From Macrostomum lignano (Eukaryota), in contig NIVC01003532.1 of the NCBI GenBank assembly GCA_002269645.1, positions 28,636 to 92,635 of the forward strand: a DNA stretch of 64,000 bases. The letters run 5' to 3'. The notes under the pieces are model-generated. The model was not told where the DNA came from. It saw only the letters and a list, made by a program, of their open reading frames with translations, and ran no database searches. Position numbers and translations under genes: made by a program. Every line of letters begins with the position of its first letter. Within the stretch, counting starts at the first letter, position 1. This document shows, in pieces, positions 58,649 to 64,000 of this stretch.

Positions 58649-59019
58649 GATTGAGAGATGGTTAAGCTGTTCTCAAGTTGCAGTTGCAGTGATCTGGCTG
58701 AGGAAAACGATTTGCTGCCTCCCTAAAGTTTCGAATGCCGTTAAATAGACTTTTGACAGCAATTATTGCAACGGAATGTGTCGAATCTGACTTTAATGGT
58801 TTTCTTCCGGCCGGGGGGGGGCGTATGGGATGGTGAAAATTGGAGGGTCGACAAAAAGAGCAGGAAGCTTTTAATGCGAGGTCATTATGTAGAGTTTTTC
58901 GACAATATCCAACTTATAGTGTCATTCGGTACGGAAACTGTAGATAAGCCTTCACAGTTTAAATAGTGCTCGAACAGTTTTCCCTTAAAAGAGAAATGTC
59001 TGCTAAAAAATGCTCTACC

Positions 59020-59092
59020 GCTTTGGTCTGGAGCAGTAAACGCGTCTGACGCTCGCTCCAGAACACCTGGTTCGATTCCCTGCGTGGCCACA
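59020..59092 (+). mobile_element. tRNA-derived SINE head
   Basis: B-box GGTTCGATTCCC; upstream GGTCTGGAGCAGTAAACGCGTCTGAC. Confidence 0.35.
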
Positions 59093-59479
59093 TTCATTTC
59101 TGGAGTTTGCGCCTGCGCCTGCGTACATTATTGGCGCCTTGTACTCCCATGTGCTCTGAAATTAGAATTGCCTTAGTCGCTGAAGGCGTCGCACCAGGGG
59201 CTCATAACCTTCATTAGTATGTCCCCGTTTAAAGGATGTCATTTTGCGCAGAATGAGGAATGTTAATGGCTACTGACAGTTTATTTTGAAGTTTTGTAGC
59301 TGGAACGTTTTTTAATAGATTGGCTCGCTTTCGATGTCTCCTGGTCGTCAAGGATGGAAAAACTGCTTAAGAAATAAATAATTTGGAACCAATCTTACTT
59401 AAATAGGTTTTAAATGGGCAACGATGTTGACCACAAATGCTTTCATCGCTTCAAAACAGTCTTTATTTTATTAAAGTAT

Positions 59480-59921
<442 letters not shown>

Positions 59922-60899
59922 TTACCCAAAATATTGCTGTGACCATGCAGGCGTCCAAATGATACTAATCCAGTTAAGGACTGAGAGGGATTGTACACTG
60001 TGAAAATAAAAGTAGCGTAATCTAAAACAAAAAGCTACGTTGAGGTCATGTCAAGCATGGAAGAAGCGTCGGTTTTAAAAATTGTCTTGAGACGTCAAGA
60101 CTGACGGGAAATTGCTGAGATGCCAAGGCTTACTGGGGGATTACTGAGATGTCATGGCTGAGAGTTCAGAAGCTACATGTAGTTTATTCAAAAATCTTTA
60201 GTCCATTCCTTTGTTGTTGGCTCTCCAACGCTTTCTATCGGGGGTGCTTGCTATCGAGTGATCGCTTGCTGTCTATGTCTGGGTTGCTTACGATTGCGGG
60301 AAGGAAGCCTAGAGAGGCTTAGAATGTTTATGAGCGTAGTTTTATACGATGATCAATAGCAAAAATACGAAAGCTACTTTAAATGGCAGATCTATTTAAC
60401 TTGATCAAATGACACAGCTTTCTAATACTTTTGCTGGGTCTGCCAGCTAATTTTACTTTCTGCAAAATGAATTAATGTCAACCGGACAAGAGGAAATGTG
60501 CATACGTTTTGGTTTCTACAACAGTATCTCAGCTTGATATGTATTTAGTTCACGAATCGATTCAGATATGTATTTAACCACTTCCGTGACTGAGCAGAAC
60601 CTGGATATTTAGGTCCACTATTAGAATTTCGTTGGTGTATGGAGGGCCCGTTGCACTGGAGACAGTGTAGGGACCTCTGCGAAGTTGATTTTGTTCGTAC
60701 GCTAACACCCACTGTTACAGGCTCTAATAAATAAGCAGCGTTTTCACTAAGCGTATGTTACTCGTATAGCATCAACAACCGGAAATGAAAGTATTGGAGT
60801 TTGGAATTTTTATCATCTTTTTCCGGTTCAGTTTATATTGCTGCTAGTTAATTGCTGGAGTTTTTGGAGCGATTATAAAGACTGAATGGTGACTGACAC

Positions 60900-61712
60900 G
60901 TGATGCATCAGCTAATAGTTCGGCTATTAACAGTGGGAATACCAAGCCATTTTTCCGCCCGTAGAACTACCAAGAGGGGGGAAATCACCCCTGGCAATTT
61001 TTTTGCTGCGCCGTATTGGAGCAACGCAGGCACAGGAAATTCAAGAACACGGGCTAACTTTTTGTTGAGCACCTTCTCGTCGATATTCGACGATTCTGCC
61101 AGAAGGTTGGATTTTTCCCAGTGCAGCCTTGCCAAGTCTCGAAGTTTCATTAGCACGTCGATTACATTTGTCTGCATCAGCTCTGACTTTGTTGGTCACT
61201 GGATTTTACCCAGACGGAGCTTCTGAACCTTCAACAGGTGGCACCAGGTGACTATGGACAACCTACTGCGAATTTCTCTAGTTTCGCTGATCAAGCCTCG
61301 ACAGTGGGCAAGCCTCAACTGCTGGACATCCTAGGCTAGTCTCTCAAGCATTCCGTTATCACCCGGACGCCGTCGGCACGTCCAACAGATTACACCAGGC
61401 GACTATGGACGCGCTGTTGCGAATTTCTGTGATTTCGCTGACCGGAACAGTTGCTCTGATCAGTTGCTCCTGTACAATGAGCTGGTTTTGTTTGAGGCTA
61501 GCTCTTAGACTTTATTTTGATCTTAATCTTAGTCTTACTCTAGTGGGTGTCATTTTGCTCTCCAGAGGGGGGCAATTGGTTTGTTTTAACTGTCCAAACT
61601 TCACACTGACACTGAGGTAGAGCAAACTTCATCGCATCCATAGCAGTGACTTCATTAACTTCGATCTTTTCTGCAATCATCTTGCCTCTTTCGAACGGAT
61701 TCTGGCTCATCT
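60900..61712 (-). pseudogene. Unidentified, probably multi-exon coding relic (second copy of 40075-40600)
   Basis: Protein-like frame shared with 40075-40600. A candidate exon MSQNPFERGKMIAEKIEVNEVTAMDAMKFALP follows acceptor TTTTTATGCAG near 61712. Stops present. Confidence 0.4.
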
Positions 61713-62969
61713 GCATAAAAAAGAAAAGTGCTGCGTAAGTGATAGAATGATTAAACCAGCAAACTTGTTTACCTCAAGGGCCAGGTAAAAAACTTTGCTA
61801 ATGCTGCGGCCCGGATGGGAGAGGACAGAAGAGAGGAAAGGCGAGAGAGATAAGAGAAGAGAGGAATGAAGGGAGAGGAGAAGAGAAGATGAGAGAGGTG
61901 GACCTTGAGGTAGTCGCCGTTTCTTACGACTCGATTAAAGAAACATCTAATTCTGCTTCAATAAGGATTCCCCATCATTTGCCCTGCTCTCAGTTGAGTC
62001 TGTAAACTGATAGCCGCCATGAAGCATGCAGAGCATGCAAGCAGACAGGTAAAGAGAATGCAGTGAGACAAAAGGAAGCATCAGACACATTCGTCCCAAA
62101 TCCCGGTATCTGAAACCGGTAAAACGGATATTTCAGGAAAAGCAATACCGTCCTCAAGCATTGTGAATTTAAATCTGAATGCACTGAGGAATTATTCAAG
62201 GTGTAAAAATGAGCATTACTTTGCTGCACCAAAAGACGTCCCAAGCATCTCCGCAGAGCGGCGGCCTGGCTTTCTCCATAGGTCGTCAAGGCCCTACAGC
62301 TCCTTCTATCATTTTTCTAGTCTTCCAACTAGCCAGACAGTCAAAGAGACGCCCGTTGGATTCAATTCCCTTTCCGCTGTGCACAGCCGGCACGAATTGT
62401 CCTTCTGCTTTCTTAGGCGAGCTCTCACCTTTGATCTCAATGTCTATCCAGCTGGCCGTGAGCTGGGGGGCCTCAAGGAGGCCTGGAAGAAGCTTCATGG
62501 CTTTCCATCAGCGACTTAAATAATCCTGATTAGGGTTAAGTGTTAGTACTTTCGTTTCCCTCTTTGGAACAATAGCCATTACGCCTCCTCCTTGCACTTT
62601 GATACTATGACATCATTGACTATGATGTCATCGAAGCTTCAGCCGTGGCATGCGCGACATGTCCGTCCGATAAAGAACTTCTGATTTATTTTCGTCATAC
62701 ATCCGAGTGATGCACTGGCTCACTCCGTCCGGCCAAGCGATAAAGTTGATGAAAAAATTTTTCTTTCGCTTTCGCTTTCCGCATTTTGAGCAGGTTTTGC
62801 TGTCCGGGGAATTCTCCGTCAGGATACGATTCAGGAAGTGTTTCTCGCCAGTAACACTCACCAGTTACCACTTATAGTTGCATCCAAATGGCCGAATGTC
62901 TTTAGCCGCAGTTCCCTCATGCTGAACAAATTTCGATATCTGTTCAAAGTTCCTGGCGAGGCCGACAAT

Positions 62970-63335
62970 ATTCTCCGCCCTGCAAGTGAGACTGTTCACA
63001 GAGCTGCATCTCAGACAGCGAGGCGACGACTTTTCCACATCGGAGCTCTTCCTCGACTTCATGCTCACCGAGAGCGCTGCATGCGCAAGCAGTCGCAGGA
63101 CCCGGAGGCGTTCTTCGAGAGCAGGATGTCTCAGATTCGAGAGTCTCTGAACCAACAGCCGAGACACCGAGACACAACCGACTGGAAGACGTGCAAGGTG
63201 TGCATGGACAAGGAGGTGAACATCATGCTGCTGGACTGTGGTCACGTGGCCTGCTGCTCAGTGTGCGCCAAGTCGCTGAAGACGTGCCCCATCTGCAGAG
63301 CATTCATTCGGGGTGTACTTTTTCTGCGGGACTGA
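62970..63335 (+). pseudogene. IAP copy 7: 5'-truncated, frameshifted UBA-end + RING fragment
   Basis: Near-identical to the cassette from ATTCTCCGCCCTGCAAG onward; 1-bp deletion near 63078 (GAGAGCGCTGC versus GAGAGCCGCCGC); tail and 3' flank like copies 5 and 6. Confidence 0.85.
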
Positions 63336-63660
63336 TGAACTCGTACAGGATTTGGACTGTGAATTCTACTAGGATGGGTCCCAATGGCTTCGTCAAAACA
63401 GTTTTAATATCTTATGAACGATGGCACCTAGGCACTGATTATATTAATTATGCATGTAATTTTTAATAGAAGTTCTTCTTGTCGAGCATTCAAAGGTATT
63501 CCCTTGTATGCTCATGTAGTCTCTTTTAGGCTATCAGCCGTATACCCGCATCATCAAATTAAAGTTTTTTGTTAAATAAGTTTTAAAAGCTTAGGTGCAC
63601 AGTTTTACATAAGATTTGTTCAGTAATTTGTTTTCCTCTTCATATTTTTGCTTGCTTATA

Positions 63661-64000
63661 CAACAACAACAACAGAATACGCAGTTAGCGTCACAGGGCG
63701 CGCCTCAAGGCCATGTCGCGGATGAACGCTATGCCGCAGTCGAATCCGGGGCGCCGGCGTCAGCCAGTAGGCAGTCGACGAAACGCCGAGTGCGCGCCTG
63801 TCCCTGTCGGTACGGTGCCTGCAGCGTTAACAGCAGCACCTCCTGCACCGGCTGTGGGCAGTACGACTCGGCGTGGATGATGTGGCCTGCCAGCTGGAGT
63901 CGCTGGCGGCGCAACAGGTCGCTTGGACGGACCAGACCACACGGTGATACAATACCGCGTTGGTCACTCGCTCGTTGCCGATCTTGAAGGCGGCGCGCAG
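63661..64000 (-). mobile_element. 3' part of an RTE-like LINE running off the window
   Basis: RRQRLQLAGHIIHAESYCPQPVQEVLLLTLQAPYRQGQARTRRFVDCLLADAGAPDS; (TTG)n tail; same family as 50320-51365. Confidence 0.85.

Overview
Eukaryotic (metazoan) genomic DNA with AT-rich intergenic sequence, GC-rich coding islands, many minisatellites and TE relics. The mix resembles free-living flatworm (Macrostomum-type) assemblies, but that taxon guess is inference only. The dominant feature is a cluster of seven intronless inhibitor-of-apoptosis (IAP/BIRC; BIR-BIR-UBA-RING) loci on both strands. Six share a near-identical GC-rich constant cassette (about 1.6 kb; shorter in RING-less copy 1) that starts at the same ACAG|G(T/C)AAGAG site. 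Each cassette is fused in frame to a different, AT-rich, highly divergent but cryptically homologous helical N-terminal region, and the copies end in divergent C-terminal tails. Polymorphisms inside the cassette are mosaic, which points to gene conversion or cassette shuffling against hypervariable N-termini. Other highlights: a sharply bounded 3.3-kb block almost free of CpG with CpG/CpA-to-TpA changes (RIP-like signature); a TSD-flanked LINE 3' end joined to an inverted tRNA-Lys 5' half; a two-exon secreted Cys-rich precursor ending KR-FFGFQ-G plus a broken paralogue; an FkbM-type methyltransferase with a 12x27-aa stem repeat; and Harbinger, Tc1, hAT, RTE-like, Penelope-like and SINE relics.
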